A stretch of DNA of 64,000 nucleotides from Myxococcales bacterium. Its GTDB lineage: Bacteria; Myxococcota; UBA727; JABDBI01. Of the stretch, positions 1 to 9,278 are shown in pieces. The notes under the pieces are model-generated. The model was not told where the DNA came from and ran no database searches. It saw only the letters and a program-made list of their open reading frames with translations. The stretch's first letter is position 1, and each line of letters opens with the position of its first letter. The translations under genes were made by a program, and so were the position numbers. The stretch lies in contig JAHFEF010000011.1 in NCBI GenBank assembly GCA_023248545.1, positions 162 to 64,161 of the forward strand, given 5' to 3'.

Positions 1-1
1 A

Positions 2-2269
2 GAACTCGCACTGACTTCCAGGGACAAAGACATCCCCATGGCGGGCTTCCCTCACCAAGCTGCCCCGGCCTATATCGCCAAGCTGATCTCACAAGGCTTC
101 AAAGTAGCGATTTGTGATCAACTCGAAGACCCCAAAGCTGCCAAGGGCCTCGTCAAAAGAGACATCACGCGCATTGTCACGCCTGGGACGGTTTTGGACG
201 ACGACAGTTTAAAACCCAGCTCAAATAATTATTTGGTGGCGTTGGTGGCGAGGGGAGAATTCAGCTTATCGGCTCTTGACCTGTCTACCGGTGATTTTTT
301 TGAAACCTCAACTTCGCAATCACAGAGTATCTTAGATGAAATCAGCAAATTGGTCCCGGCGGAGATTTTAATCGGAGGAGATCAGTGGCCCAAAGGTCTA
401 TTGGAAAAGCTCGAACAAGTTGCGAACCAAACCAAGTCTTGCCGATTCGAATTTTTCACAAAATCTTGTAAAGCTTCTGAGTTAATACTGGAGTATATCG
501 CCGAGACACAGGGTGGTGCTCTGGGCTTTTTGTCCGACCCCAAGCCATATTCGATCGATTCTGAGTTGATTATCGACGCTGTTTCCAGAGAGCATTTAGA
601 TCTGCCAGGCCTATTTAGTTTGCTCAATAAAACGTGTACAGCGATGGGGGCGCGCCAATTAAACCGTTGGCTTACAGCACCGTCCACCCATTTGACCGAA
701 ATCGAAAATCGTCAAAATAAAACTCAAGATCTGTTTGACCGGGCCAGTCATCGAAAATCTCTGCGCGATACTTTACGACACTTATACGACTTGGAGCGTT
801 TAACTGTCAAAATTGCAGCGGGTCGAGTAAACCCCCGTGAGCTCGCCAATATTCGAGACTCGCTTCAGCATTTGCCTCGCATTGCCGAGGTTCCAGATCC
901 TCTCACTGATATTCACGATCTGCTCTTCAAAGCCCTGGCCGATCATCCGCCCCTTCTGCTCAAAGAGGGCGGTGTCTTCAAACCGGGTTATGATGCCTAT
1001 TTAGACGAGCTCGTCGATTTCGCCACAGGGGGCCGAGATCAAATTGCGGCCATCGAACAACGTGAACGGGAGCTCACGGGCATTCCCAGCTTGAAAGTCA
1101 AATATACGCGGGTATTTGGTTATTATATTGAGATCACGCACACGCATTTATCAAAAGTTCCGGAGCGTTATAAACGCAAACAGACCGTCGCTTCGGGTGA
1201 GCGCTATGTGACGCAAGAACTCATGCGCCTCGAGGAAATGGTTTCAACAGCCGATATGAGACGCTTGGCCAAAGAGTCAGAACTTTTTGAGCAGTTGCGT
1301 CAGCAATTAAATACCCACTCAGCCCGGCTATTTAAAACTGCCGCTTGTATTGCCGAGCTCGATACCTATGCGGCATTTGCCGAAATTGCCGACGAGCACC
1401 GATATGTTCGGCCAAAGATACTCGACAAAGCGTTGAACCAATTGGAAATCACCGACGGCCGGCACCCCATCTTAGAAGCCCTGAATGAGAAACGCGGCAA
1501 ATCTTTTGTACCCAACTCGATCGTGCTAAACACGCATGATCGTCAGCTGCTGCTCATCACCGGCCCGAACATGGCTGGCAAGAGCACGATCATGCGCCAA
1601 GTGGCCTTGATCCAACTCATGGCTCAGGCTGGCTGTTTTGTGCCGGCACAATCAGCGACGTTAAGCCTCTGCGATCGCATTTTCACCCGCGTGGGTGCAT
1701 CGGACGATAGCCGTCATGGCCGGTCTACTTTCATGGTTGAAATGAGTGAGACAGCCCATATTTTAAACCATGCGACGCCGCACTCGCTGGTGTTACTGGA
1801 CGAAATCGGCCGTGGTACGAGTACTTTTGATGGTTTGGCGATCGCTTGGTCGGTCGCGGAATATTTGCACAATCATATTCGAGCGCGCACGCTCTTTGCG
1901 ACGCATTATCACGAGCTGACCAAACTCACAGAAACTCTTGCACACATGCACAATGTCCAAGTGGCCGTGCAAGAAAACGCCGGCGAGATTAATTTTTTGT
2001 ATACGCTTCTAGAAGGCGCTGCGGGGCGCAGCTATGGCATCCAAGTGGCCAAATTGGCCGGACTCCCCCGAGAAGTTCTAGAGCGTGCCAACGAAGTCTT
2101 AAACTCGCTTGAAAGCGAGAAGCCTACACCTCAAGTCAATCGACCTCCCAAAGAACAACTGGGTCTATTTGCAAATCCGTTCAAAGCGGCGCTCAAAAAC
2201 TTGGACTTGAACCAGACGACTCCCATGCAGGCCTTATCGCTCCTGGCTGATTTAAAGGCGCAGGCCTAG
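2..2269 (+). CDS. mutS: DNA mismatch repair protein MutS (5' end outside the window)
   Basis: Frame is open from base 2 (ELALTSRDKDIPMAGFP). Motifs GFKVAICDQ, Walker A TGPNMAGKST, STFMVEM, DEIGRGTST, FATHYHEL, SYGIQVAKLAGLP. Confidence 0.97.
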   Translation, partial: ELALTSRDKDIPMAGFPHQAAPAYIAKLISQGFKVAICDQLEDPKAAKGLVKRDITRIVTPGTVLDDDSLKPSSNNYLVALVARGEFSLSALDLSTGDFFETSTSQSQSILDEISKLVPAEILIGGDQWPKGLLEKLEQVANQTKSCRFEFFTKSCKASELILEYIAETQGGALGFLSDPKPYSIDSELIIDAVSREHLDLPGLFSLLNKTCTAMGARQLNRWLTAPSTHLTEIENRQNKTQDLFDRASHRKSLRDTLRHLYDLERLTVKIAAGRVNPRELANIRDSLQHLPRIAEVPDPLTDIHDLLFKALADHPPLLLKEGGVFKPGYDAYLDELVDFATGGRDQIAAIEQRERELTGIPSLKVKYTRVFGYYIEITHTHLSKVPERYKRKQTVASGERYVTQELMRLEEMVSTADMRRLAKESELFEQLRQQLNTHSARLFKTAACIAELDTYAAFAEIADEHRYVRPKILDKALNQLEITDGRHPILEALNEKRGKSFVPNSIVLNTHDRQLLLITGPNMAGKSTIMRQVALIQLMAQAGCFVPAQSATLSLCDRIFTRVGASDDSRHGRSTFMVEMSETAHILNHATPHSLVLLDEIGRGTSTFDGLAIAWSVAEYLHNHIRARTLFATHYHELTKLTETLAHMHNVQVAVQENAGEINFLYTLLEGAAGRSYGIQVAKLAGLPREVLERANEVLNSLESEKPTPQVNRPPKEQLGLFANPFKAALKNLDLNQTTPMQALSLLADLKAQA

Positions 2270-2693
2270 CTGGTTTTTCACGGTGTTCTCTGAGAAGTTG
2301 GCTCACCCTTCTGGTAAACTCAGCCCTGTCCCGACTTTCGAGGAAAATCTGTTGGGTCTGTTCCCGAAGTTCGGGCGGAATCTGCTCGAGGGTTGAAATC
2401 GGTTCAGGCTTTTTGACTACAGGCTTGTTTTCAGACCAAATCAATTCGTAAGTCTTATAGCGCTTCTGGATGTAGCCTCTGTGGACCAGCAACCCAGCTT
2501 TCTCAAGCTCTTTGATTAACCGAGCGATGGTCCGTTTGGAGCGTCCCATTTTTTCGGCCATGGTTTCAGGATGCAGCATGAGCAGTGGCCGCTTCGGGCT
2601 CGAGATCATGGACAGCTCCATCCACAGGAGCTTGGCAGACGGAGAAATGGTTGATTTGATGATATGCACAGGAATTTGAACGCAGCGGGCCAT
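2193..2693 (-). CDS. Helix-turn-helix protein (winged HTH of the type at the N-terminus of phage/plasmid replication proteins)
   Basis: ISPSAKLLWMEL...PETMAEKMGRSKRTIARLIKELEKAGLL is a typical HTH. ATG at 2693 chosen as start. 3' end overlaps the mutS 3' end by 77 bp. Confidence 0.65.
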   Translation of the reverse strand: MARCVQIPVHIIKSTISPSAKLLWMELSMISSPKRPLLMLHPETMAEKMGRSKRTIARLIKELEKAGLLVHRGYIQKRYKTYELIWSENKPVVKKPEPISTLEQIPPELREQTQQIFLESRDRAEFTRRVSQLLREHREKPARPAPLNQPGAIRPAWESSGSSPSF

Positions 2694-2867
2694 GAATGTA
2701 CTCCCATTGACAAACTTGGCCGTCGACACCACTGTGTGCCGCGACCGTTAAACTGGTTGCCGTTTCCATACCTGCTAAAAGTTAGGAAACGGCTTTTTTT
2801 ACAGACACCATGTCTGCAAAGCATCAGCGTAAATCAGGCTGGTTTTGGAAAGATATCGGGTGAATGG

Positions 2868-3341
2868 CTGACCGTAGATCACTTTTTGTGAAGTGATTTC
2901 AAATAGATAAACCTCTTGCTGTTGGTCACCCAGGCAAGATGTTAGGCGAGCTAGGGCTCGCCAAACAAAGCCTGGGCTGTCGCTGTCATATGCCCAAGGG
3001 CATGATTCGTTTGCCACATGGGGCCACTTTCGCCCATGAGACCCTGAATTTTACTCCTGTGCTATGACATTTATTATGCTTCAGGGCGATTTGGCGACGG
3101 GGTGCAATTATTGCTCCTTGCGGAGCGCAAACCCAAAACAATCGGCGGAACTGGCGTCATTGGGCAAACGGATCATGCCCTTGGGCATATGACAGCGACA
3201 GCCCAGGCTTTGTTTGGCGAGCTTCCTCGTCGACCAGACTACGGAGGATAGGGCCAAGCTCGCCTAACATCTTGCCTGGGTGACCAACAGCAAGGGGTTT
3301 ATCTATTTGAAATTGCTTCACAAAAAGTGATGGACGGTCAG
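2868..3341. mobile_element. Long palindromic non-coding element (MITE-like or structured RNA)
   Basis: Left arm 2868-3034 is the near-perfect reverse complement of right arm 3144-3341, apart from a ~31-nt expansion at 3223-3257. Termini are CTGACCGT...ACGGTCAG. The inverted repeat is directly visible; the mobile-element label is inferred. Confidence 0.6.
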
Positions 3342-3415
3342 GCTGACGCAGTATTGCTAAAAATTGTTACTTATGTTATATTTGCTATGTATGTTATTTC
3401 GAAGGGACTGGTTCT

Positions 3416-3811
3416 ATGGAAATTATTGTGACGGCTTGGGCATTGGATTCGTACCTGGACCTAAAACATCGTGGTACTTTTACCGCAAACGATTACAACC
3501 AGATCATTCGTCCAGATGTGCTAAAGTTAAAACGCTATCCAAATGATCCTAGTTTTTTAAATGGTAAATTTTGGTCACCGGCAACTGATTTAGGCGGGCC
3601 AATACCAGGCGACTTCAAGATGAAGTGGCATAACCTTGGGTATCGCTTAATACAGTTACGTTTGCCTATCGGAATGTTTTCGAACGCAGTGCTGTGCCAC
3701 GCCTATGTTAAGACGGATTCCAAATTTGAACAACGCCAGCTTGCAAAATTCAAGACCCGTTTGGAATTGATAAGACGGGGACAATACACAGAATGCGGGA
3801 GGTTAATATGA
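3416..3811 (+). CDS. Putative RelE/HigB-like toxin (divergent)
   Basis: 131 aa and basic. C-terminal VLCHAYVK resembles the LLHAFxK strand of RelE/Gp49 toxins. ATGA overlap with the downstream HTH gene. Confidence 0.55.
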   Translation: MEIIVTAWALDSYLDLKHRGTFTANDYNQIIRPDVLKLKRYPNDPSFLNGKFWSPATDLGGPIPGDFKMKWHNLGYRLIQLRLPIGMFSNAVLCHAYVKTDSKFEQRQLAKFKTRLELIRRGQYTECGRLI

Positions 3812-4299
3812 AAGCACTGCCTTTGGAACCTGATTTAGGAGTAGAGATTGTTGAAATTGGCCACGCGATGAACCTAGCTGGGTTGCCTAAAGAGTTTGTT
3901 GCTTCAGCAGTTCATATGGCTTTTGAATTCGAAGGTGTCTACGACTTGATCAAATTGTGGGCTGAAGAACAAGATCCCATTGAACGTGAAGAACTTGTCA
4001 TAGACATCCAGGAAATGATTGATGACTATTCGGAAAATAATCTATCTACACCTATCTATGTGCGTTTCGATGACCTGGATACCATTGCAAAAAATATCCG
4101 GGCCTTCAAAGATCAACTTCGCATCATCGTGGATCAGAAGGGTGGCATCAAGCATCTATCCGAACTTAGTGGCGTGCCCCAGCCATCGCTGTCCAGATTG
4201 TTTAACTCAAGCACCATGCCCAGGCGCAACACGTTGAACAAGATACGACATGCCTTGAAACTAAACCAGGTGCAACTAAGTACTCAATGGTCGCACTGA
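3808..4299 (+). CDS. XRE-family HTH protein, putative HigA-like antitoxin
   Basis: C-terminal GIKHLSELSGVPQPSLSRLFN...PRRNTLNKI is an XRE HTH; acidic N-terminus; GGGAGG SD before ATG 3808. Confidence 0.75.
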   Translation: MKALPLEPDLGVEIVEIGHAMNLAGLPKEFVASAVHMAFEFEGVYDLIKLWAEEQDPIEREELVIDIQEMIDDYSENNLSTPIYVRFDDLDTIAKNIRAFKDQLRIIVDQKGGIKHLSELSGVPQPSLSRLFNSSTMPRRNTLNKIRHALKLNQVQLSTQWSH

Positions 4300-4357
4300 C
4301 AAAATGATAGGCGCCTTGACTTGAAGGCGCAGGCCTAATGTGCTTTTATCGACGCCT

Positions 4358-5254
4358 ATGAGCATTTTAGTTGTCGGTTCGATTGCGTTTGATTCTGTGA
4401 AAACCCCTTTTGGCGCGTGTGAACGAGCTCTGGGCGGCGCGGCCAATTTTTTCGCCATGACGGCCAGTCTGTTTACGAAAGTTCAGTTGGTTGGCGTGGT
4501 CGGCGAAGATTTCCCCCAAGAGCATCTCAAGTATCTAGAATCTCGGGGTGTTGATACGATGGGTGTCCAGCAGACTTCTGGTAAAACTTTCCATTGGCAA
4601 GGCTATTATGGCTATGACTTGAACGAAGCGCAGACGCTGAAGACTGAACTGAATGTTTTCGGGAGCTTTAATCCCCGATTGCCGGAGCCCTACAAGCAGG
4701 CTCAGACAGTGTTCTTAGCCAATATTGATCCTGTTTTGCAACTGCAAGTTTTGGAGCAAGTCACCAAGCCCCAATTGGTTGCATTGGATACGATGAACTT
4801 CTGGATCGAGAGCAAAAATGCTGAGCTAAAACGCGTGATTGCCGAAGTGGACATCCTGTTTATCAACGAGTCAGAGCTCCGGCAGTTGGCAGATGAGCGC
4901 AATACGGTCAAGGCAGCCAAAAAAATGCAGACGCTGGGAGCCAAGACAATTATTGTGAAACGAGGCGAATATGGGGCCCTGATGTTTCATGAACAAGGCA
5001 CTTTTTTTGCGCCGGCGTTTCCTCTGGAGGATATCTTTGATCCCACGGGAGCTGGGGATACGTTTGCGGCCGGTTTCATGGCACACATCGATCAAGCCGG
5101 CAGATTTGATTTTGCGACGTTCAAAGAAGCCATGGTCATGGGGAGTGTCATGGCCAGTTTTGTGATTGAAGATTTTTCTTTCGATCGTATCAAACGCCTT
5201 GAAAAATCTGAGATCGATCGTCGTCGAAAAGAATTTAAACAGCTGACCCTCTAG
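4358..5254 (+). CDS. PfkB-family carbohydrate/nucleoside kinase
   Basis: VVGSIAFD, GGAANF, VKRGEYGA and the PfkB signature DPTGAGDTFAAGF. Confidence 0.93.
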   Translation: MSILVVGSIAFDSVKTPFGACERALGGAANFFAMTASLFTKVQLVGVVGEDFPQEHLKYLESRGVDTMGVQQTSGKTFHWQGYYGYDLNEAQTLKTELNVFGSFNPRLPEPYKQAQTVFLANIDPVLQLQVLEQVTKPQLVALDTMNFWIESKNAELKRVIAEVDILFINESELRQLADERNTVKAAKKMQTLGAKTIIVKRGEYGALMFHEQGTFFAPAFPLEDIFDPTGAGDTFAAGFMAHIDQAGRFDFATFKEAMVMGSVMASFVIEDFSFDRIKRLEKSEIDRRRKEFKQLTL

Positions 5255-5299
5255 ACACTGTTTCTCGTCTGGATATATTCCCCGAAAAGGAGTCACGAT

Positions 5300-5590
5300 A
5301 TGAAAAGAAGTCTAATTTTGTTTTCTGTGTTGTTCTCACTCGGCGCTTTAGCGGATGCAGAAATTCCAGATCGGTTAAGCAACAGCATTTTGCAAACGGT
5401 TAAGCATTACAAAGAAAGTCAAGAAAAAGCAAAGAAAGCTGAGGCTAATCTACTCGCCCTCCAAGAGGCATGTAAATTTGTGGTGGAACACATGGCGCCG
5501 AAGGCCGATGCGCCGGAAATGCTTGCACATCATGTCATGCTATCGGAGGATCCAGCGCCGGCTGCCGAGTTGCCAAAGACTGATTTGTAG
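5300..5590 (+). CDS. Hypothetical secreted protein
   Basis: Signal peptide MKRSLILFSVLFSLGALA; AAGGAG SD. Confidence 0.7.
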   Translation: MKRSLILFSVLFSLGALADAEIPDRLSNSILQTVKHYKESQEKAKKAEANLLALQEACKFVVEHMAPKADAPEMLAHHVMLSEDPAPAAELPKTDL

Positions 5591-5604
5591 TCTTTTATAG
5601 AGGG

Positions 5605-6213
5605 ATGCGATTCTTTCTCGTGTCTTTCTTTATTGCCTGGCCTATATTGGCCGGGCTGCAAGCTGTCTATGACAAAACCTATTCTTTTGAAGCCAATTTT
5701 AAGCAAACTTATTGGAACAAGCTGTTTGATAGAACAGACCACAGCGAAGGCAGGCTGAGTTATCAAAAGCCCGGCAAAATGCGCTGGGATTATTTAAAGC
5801 CCAACCAAAAATCGTTTATCTTAAACAAAAACACACTGTGGATGGTTGAGCCCGAAGAAAAAGTCGCCACCATCAATCGCTGCTTTCAAGCAGATGCTCT
5901 AACGGCGTCATTGGTATTTTTGGGCGGCAAAGGCAAATTAGCCGAGCAGTTCAAGATCGAGACTAAGCCTGGCCATCAACTGGTTCTAACACCCAAAGTC
6001 AAAAATCCGGTTTTCGAGCAGCTGATTTTGGGGGTGGACCCTAAAACCAGTCGGGTGATTCAGAGCACGTTGATTGACGCCGATGGCAATAAAAATGAGT
6101 TTAAATTTGAAAATAGCCGATTCAACCCAAAAATAGCACCCGGCAAGTTTAGTTACACGGTTCCAAAGGGGACAGAACTGCTAGATATGCCCGGTAGTTG
6201 CGGCGCGAAGTAA
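5605..6213 (+). CDS. lolA: Outer-membrane lipoprotein carrier LolA
   Basis: FEANFKQ...GRLSYQKPGKMRWDY...DADGNKNEFKF...NPKIAPGKFSYTVPKG. Confidence 0.88.
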   Translation: MRFFLVSFFIAWPILAGLQAVYDKTYSFEANFKQTYWNKLFDRTDHSEGRLSYQKPGKMRWDYLKPNQKSFILNKNTLWMVEPEEKVATINRCFQADALTASLVFLGGKGKLAEQFKIETKPGHQLVLTPKVKNPVFEQLILGVDPKTSRVIQSTLIDADGNKNEFKFENSRFNPKIAPGKFSYTVPKGTELLDMPGSCGAK

Positions 6214-6564
6214 AACCAATACAGCCCCTTCGCCTCCCAGACGGGTGGGGGCGTCTTGTACTTGGGCCACCAGATCGCTGTTGCCTAAAAAGCCTCTCAC
6301 TTCATAGCGCAATACCCCGCTGCCTTTGCCGTGAATGATCAAGACACGTCTTTTTTGAAGCTCCAAGCAGCTTAATAAAAAGACTTTGACGCGCGCAATT
6401 GCCCTATCAGCCGTCATGCCATGTAAATCTAAACTGGCCTCGTAATCTTTCTGAATGCGTTTTTTAGATCTCCGACGTTTGGAGATGGGTTCTGGTTTAT
6501 AGGCAATCAGAGAGGGGTCGTTGACCGCTTTTAAAAATAACTCTCGATCTTCTAAATCAGCCAT
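6181..6564 (-). CDS. Smr/MutS2 domain protein
   Basis: LDLHGMT...VLIIHGKGSGVLR...GGEGAVLVLL. Confidence 0.9.
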   Translation of the reverse strand: MADLEDRELFLKAVNDPSLIAYKPEPISKRRRSKKRIQKDYEASLDLHGMTADRAIARVKVFLLSCLELQKRRVLIIHGKGSGVLRYEVRGFLGNSDLVAQVQDAPTRLGGEGAVLVLLRAATTGHI

Positions 6565-9278
6565 TTGAACCGATTGCCATAAGATAGGGCCAAACCAAAT
6601 ACAGCGCCGACACCATAGGTCCAAGGGTTATCCATGCGTTCACCAATCGTGAGATTGGTCATGGCTGAAGCGCTGAAACCGGCAATAATTGGCACGCTGA
6701 TGCTGGCATCGGTGAGCCAAACAATGCCCATACGGCCTCTGTCGGGGTTGTCTACAATTGGAAAAAGTTTTCTGAAATTGGATTCGATTTTAAATCCGAA
6801 ATACCGCCAATTGTAGCGATAGGCACCGCCGAGTTCAAAACCAGCCCCGAAAGACTGGTTGGGCGTGTCTCGACTAAAATCATAACCTAGCAACGCACCG
6901 ATGCGAAAGAGCTCATAGCCCAAGCGAGGCTTTCTCGAGACTCCTAAAAATAGTCTCATGTCGTGTACACGACGAGGCCAGTATTGTTCGGGCAAGCCCG
7001 TAAATAATGGATTGGGCCAAAGCTGTGTTTCGTAAGTGAGTCGGGTGAGCGGAGAGACATAGGCTTGAATGGGCAGCCGTGCCTCGGCTTCTAATTTGAC
7101 CGAGTCTTTGCCGGGTCGAATCTTTTGGATTTCACCAGGGGTTCTTGCATTGGCATTGTCTTGGTTGGGTTGATAGTACTTGATGCTGCCTACCAAGCCG
7201 GTTTCAAATTTAGGCATCAGGTAATAGAGGCCTGCTTTCCCATAAAAAAGAACGTTCAGCAAATTCGGGTCCCAGAAGCGATTTTCGTCGAAAGAAGCGT
7301 TGGTATTTGTGTTCGCTTCCAGTTGCCAGTTAGACAGGTTGTTATTGACGGTGTTGAGCTTCAGACCAAAATCTAAGTCGCTGATATCGAATAATAAGAC
7401 AGAACGTTCGGGACGTATTTCCAAGGGTGTTTTTTGCTCGATTCCATGACGGACCAACTCTGCCATGGACGGCGCTGATTTTAAGAGCTGATATCTGTCA
7501 TCGAGCGAGTCAGAGCTTTTGTCTTCGCGTTTTCGCAATTCAGCTAAAAATTTATGTGCATCTTTGTTGCTTTCCAACAATGCTGTCTGGACGGAACTCG
7601 ATGGATTGCTGGTCGAGGCAAAAAGGCTTTCGCGCGCAATAAAGTCGCTAATAGCCGCCAGAACTTTTTCACTGACGACTATTTTATAACTTTCTGACTC
7701 TGAAATTTCACGTTGGAGTGTATTGGTGACAATTACTGGCGGATCAAATTGGTCTTTCTGAATGGCTTTCAAAACTTGTTTGAGGTAATAGCCACCCAGA
7801 TTAATTTCGATGCCTCGGCCTTGCGGGGCGATGAGATTTTCCGCCAAGGGCATGGGTAAACTGGAATCAATCGGCGTTGGAGAAATGCGCTTTTCAATCA
7901 TCACCAATTCGGAATTGGGGTGGGCGTTGAGCAAAATATTGGAAAGCAGGGTTTCAAAATCGCTTTCTTTCCAATTTTTTTGAGACAGGGCGGGGGTGTA
8001 AAAAGACTCCTGAACGGCGGTCTCTCCGACAATCGGGTGCCGTTTGACCAAAATCCGTCGAATTTGGCCAGGAGCACTCGACCATACAGATACTTCAGTG
8101 ACATCCGATGAAGAAATCCTGACCAGCGGCGCAACCGTTCTGACTCCAACAGCCTCATTGCCTTCTAAGTTTATATCGTCGCTGGCCGGTAGTGAGCCGC
8201 CGCGTACGGTTGATAGGGATAAAACCATGTCCAAGATCGGGTATTCAATGGCTTCGGCCGCAGAATCACGGTTTTCACTCAGGGCAATTACGAGGTCGTC
8301 TCCTTTAAACTTGATGCGTTCGATAGATTGTCGAGTGGTCAATAATTTGAGATCTTGGCCTAAAAAACCCGAGGCCAGCTCAGAGATTTCTCCAATCGCC
8401 AAAAATCGCACTTCGCTTTTTCCAATCCGGATGCGTCGAGAAGTTGGCGGTGCGTTTTCTCCGGTGAGAGCACCAATGTAGGGGGTTTGGTCAGGTATTT
8501 CAGAAAGCATATTTAGATCATAGCGCCCTAAAGCCAGCGCCGCTGGATTTCTAGCTTGGAGCAGCTGGCTCATTTCGATGGCTGTAGCAAGACTTTCGCG
8601 ATCGCTGCCAGTGAGTGCGTTGCCGAGATCAACATAACGGGTGGGTATACTGGTGTCTGTTTTTAATAGCTGGTCTACCAACTTAAAAGTCTTTTGAGTG
8701 GACCCGAAGTCACGTGGAAAAAAATAGTATTCCTGCCCCGCTGGATCAACGGCAAAAACGGCGTTCACTTTTCCAATTTCGTTTAGTTTTGAAGCCCAAT
8801 AGACACCGGTTTGCTCAGTAGAGACGTCCACTGCGTAGAGGGTGTGAGAATCCATGGTAACGGTTTCGTAAACTACTTTTCTAGAGACTCCGCCAAGTTC
8901 GCGCCGAAGAGAGTCTTCTGCAAAATCAATCAAGTTACTCGAATTTATCTTGAAGTCAAATAATTGCGAGGCGTCGATGGCATTGATGCTTTTTTTAGGG
9001 GCTGATGGGACCGCTTGAATCAGCTTATTAAGGTCTATGGGGTGGTCAGAAAAATAAATCGTATTCTTTGCAGCGTATGCTTCGAACTGAGCATTCTTGA
9101 TTTGAATCGGGCTCGTGCTGCCCAGTCGAAACAGCGGAGAGGCATAAAAAGCCTCGTGGCCAGTGTGAATACCCTGCAGCCCCCCTGTGACAATCAGTCG
9201 AAAATCAGGAGCTGGCTCGGCATGAACCAGCGAACTAAAAACAGAAAATAAAATACTAAGATAAATTAATTTTTTCAC
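6552..9278 (-). CDS. Large secreted protein: degenerate 5'-nucleotidase-like region plus probable C-terminal beta-barrel
   Basis: Signal peptide; YVDLGNAL and ALALGRYDL resemble metallophosphoesterase DxGD and GNHE motifs; C-terminal alternating aromatic beta-strands. Confidence 0.5.
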   Translation of the reverse strand: MKKLIYLSILFSVFSSLVHAEPAPDFRLIVTGGLQGIHTGHEAFYASPLFRLGSTSPIQIKNAQFEAYAAKNTIYFSDHPIDLNKLIQAVPSAPKKSINAIDASQLFDFKINSSNLIDFAEDSLRRELGGVSRKVVYETVTMDSHTLYAVDVSTEQTGVYWASKLNEIGKVNAVFAVDPAGQEYYFFPRDFGSTQKTFKLVDQLLKTDTSIPTRYVDLGNALTGSDRESLATAIEMSQLLQARNPAALALGRYDLNMLSEIPDQTPYIGALTGENAPPTSRRIRIGKSEVRFLAIGEISELASGFLGQDLKLLTTRQSIERIKFKGDDLVIALSENRDSAAEAIEYPILDMVLSLSTVRGGSLPASDDINLEGNEAVGVRTVAPLVRISSSDVTEVSVWSSAPGQIRRILVKRHPIVGETAVQESFYTPALSQKNWKESDFETLLSNILLNAHPNSELVMIEKRISPTPIDSSLPMPLAENLIAPQGRGIEINLGGYYLKQVLKAIQKDQFDPPVIVTNTLQREISESESYKIVVSEKVLAAISDFIARESLFASTSNPSSSVQTALLESNKDAHKFLAELRKREDKSSDSLDDRYQLLKSAPSMAELVRHGIEQKTPLEIRPERSVLLFDISDLDFGLKLNTVNNNLSNWQLEANTNTNASFDENRFWDPNLLNVLFYGKAGLYYLMPKFETGLVGSIKYYQPNQDNANARTPGEIQKIRPGKDSVKLEAEARLPIQAYVSPLTRLTYETQLWPNPLFTGLPEQYWPRRVHDMRLFLGVSRKPRLGYELFRIGALLGYDFSRDTPNQSFGAGFELGGAYRYNWRYFGFKIESNFRKLFPIVDNPDRGRMGIVWLTDASISVPIIAGFSASAMTNLTIGERMDNPWTYGVGAVFGLALSYGNRFKWLI

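Noticed and set aside
2799-3017. 72-aa ORF in the left arm of the palindrome
   Set aside because: Lies inside the inverted repeat and has no recognisable protein features; probably spurious.
2941-3268. Integron attC site (GTTAGGC ... GCCTAAC)
   Set aside because: The core sites are in the reverse order to attC (RYYYAAC...GTTRRRY), the span is far too long, and there is no integrase.
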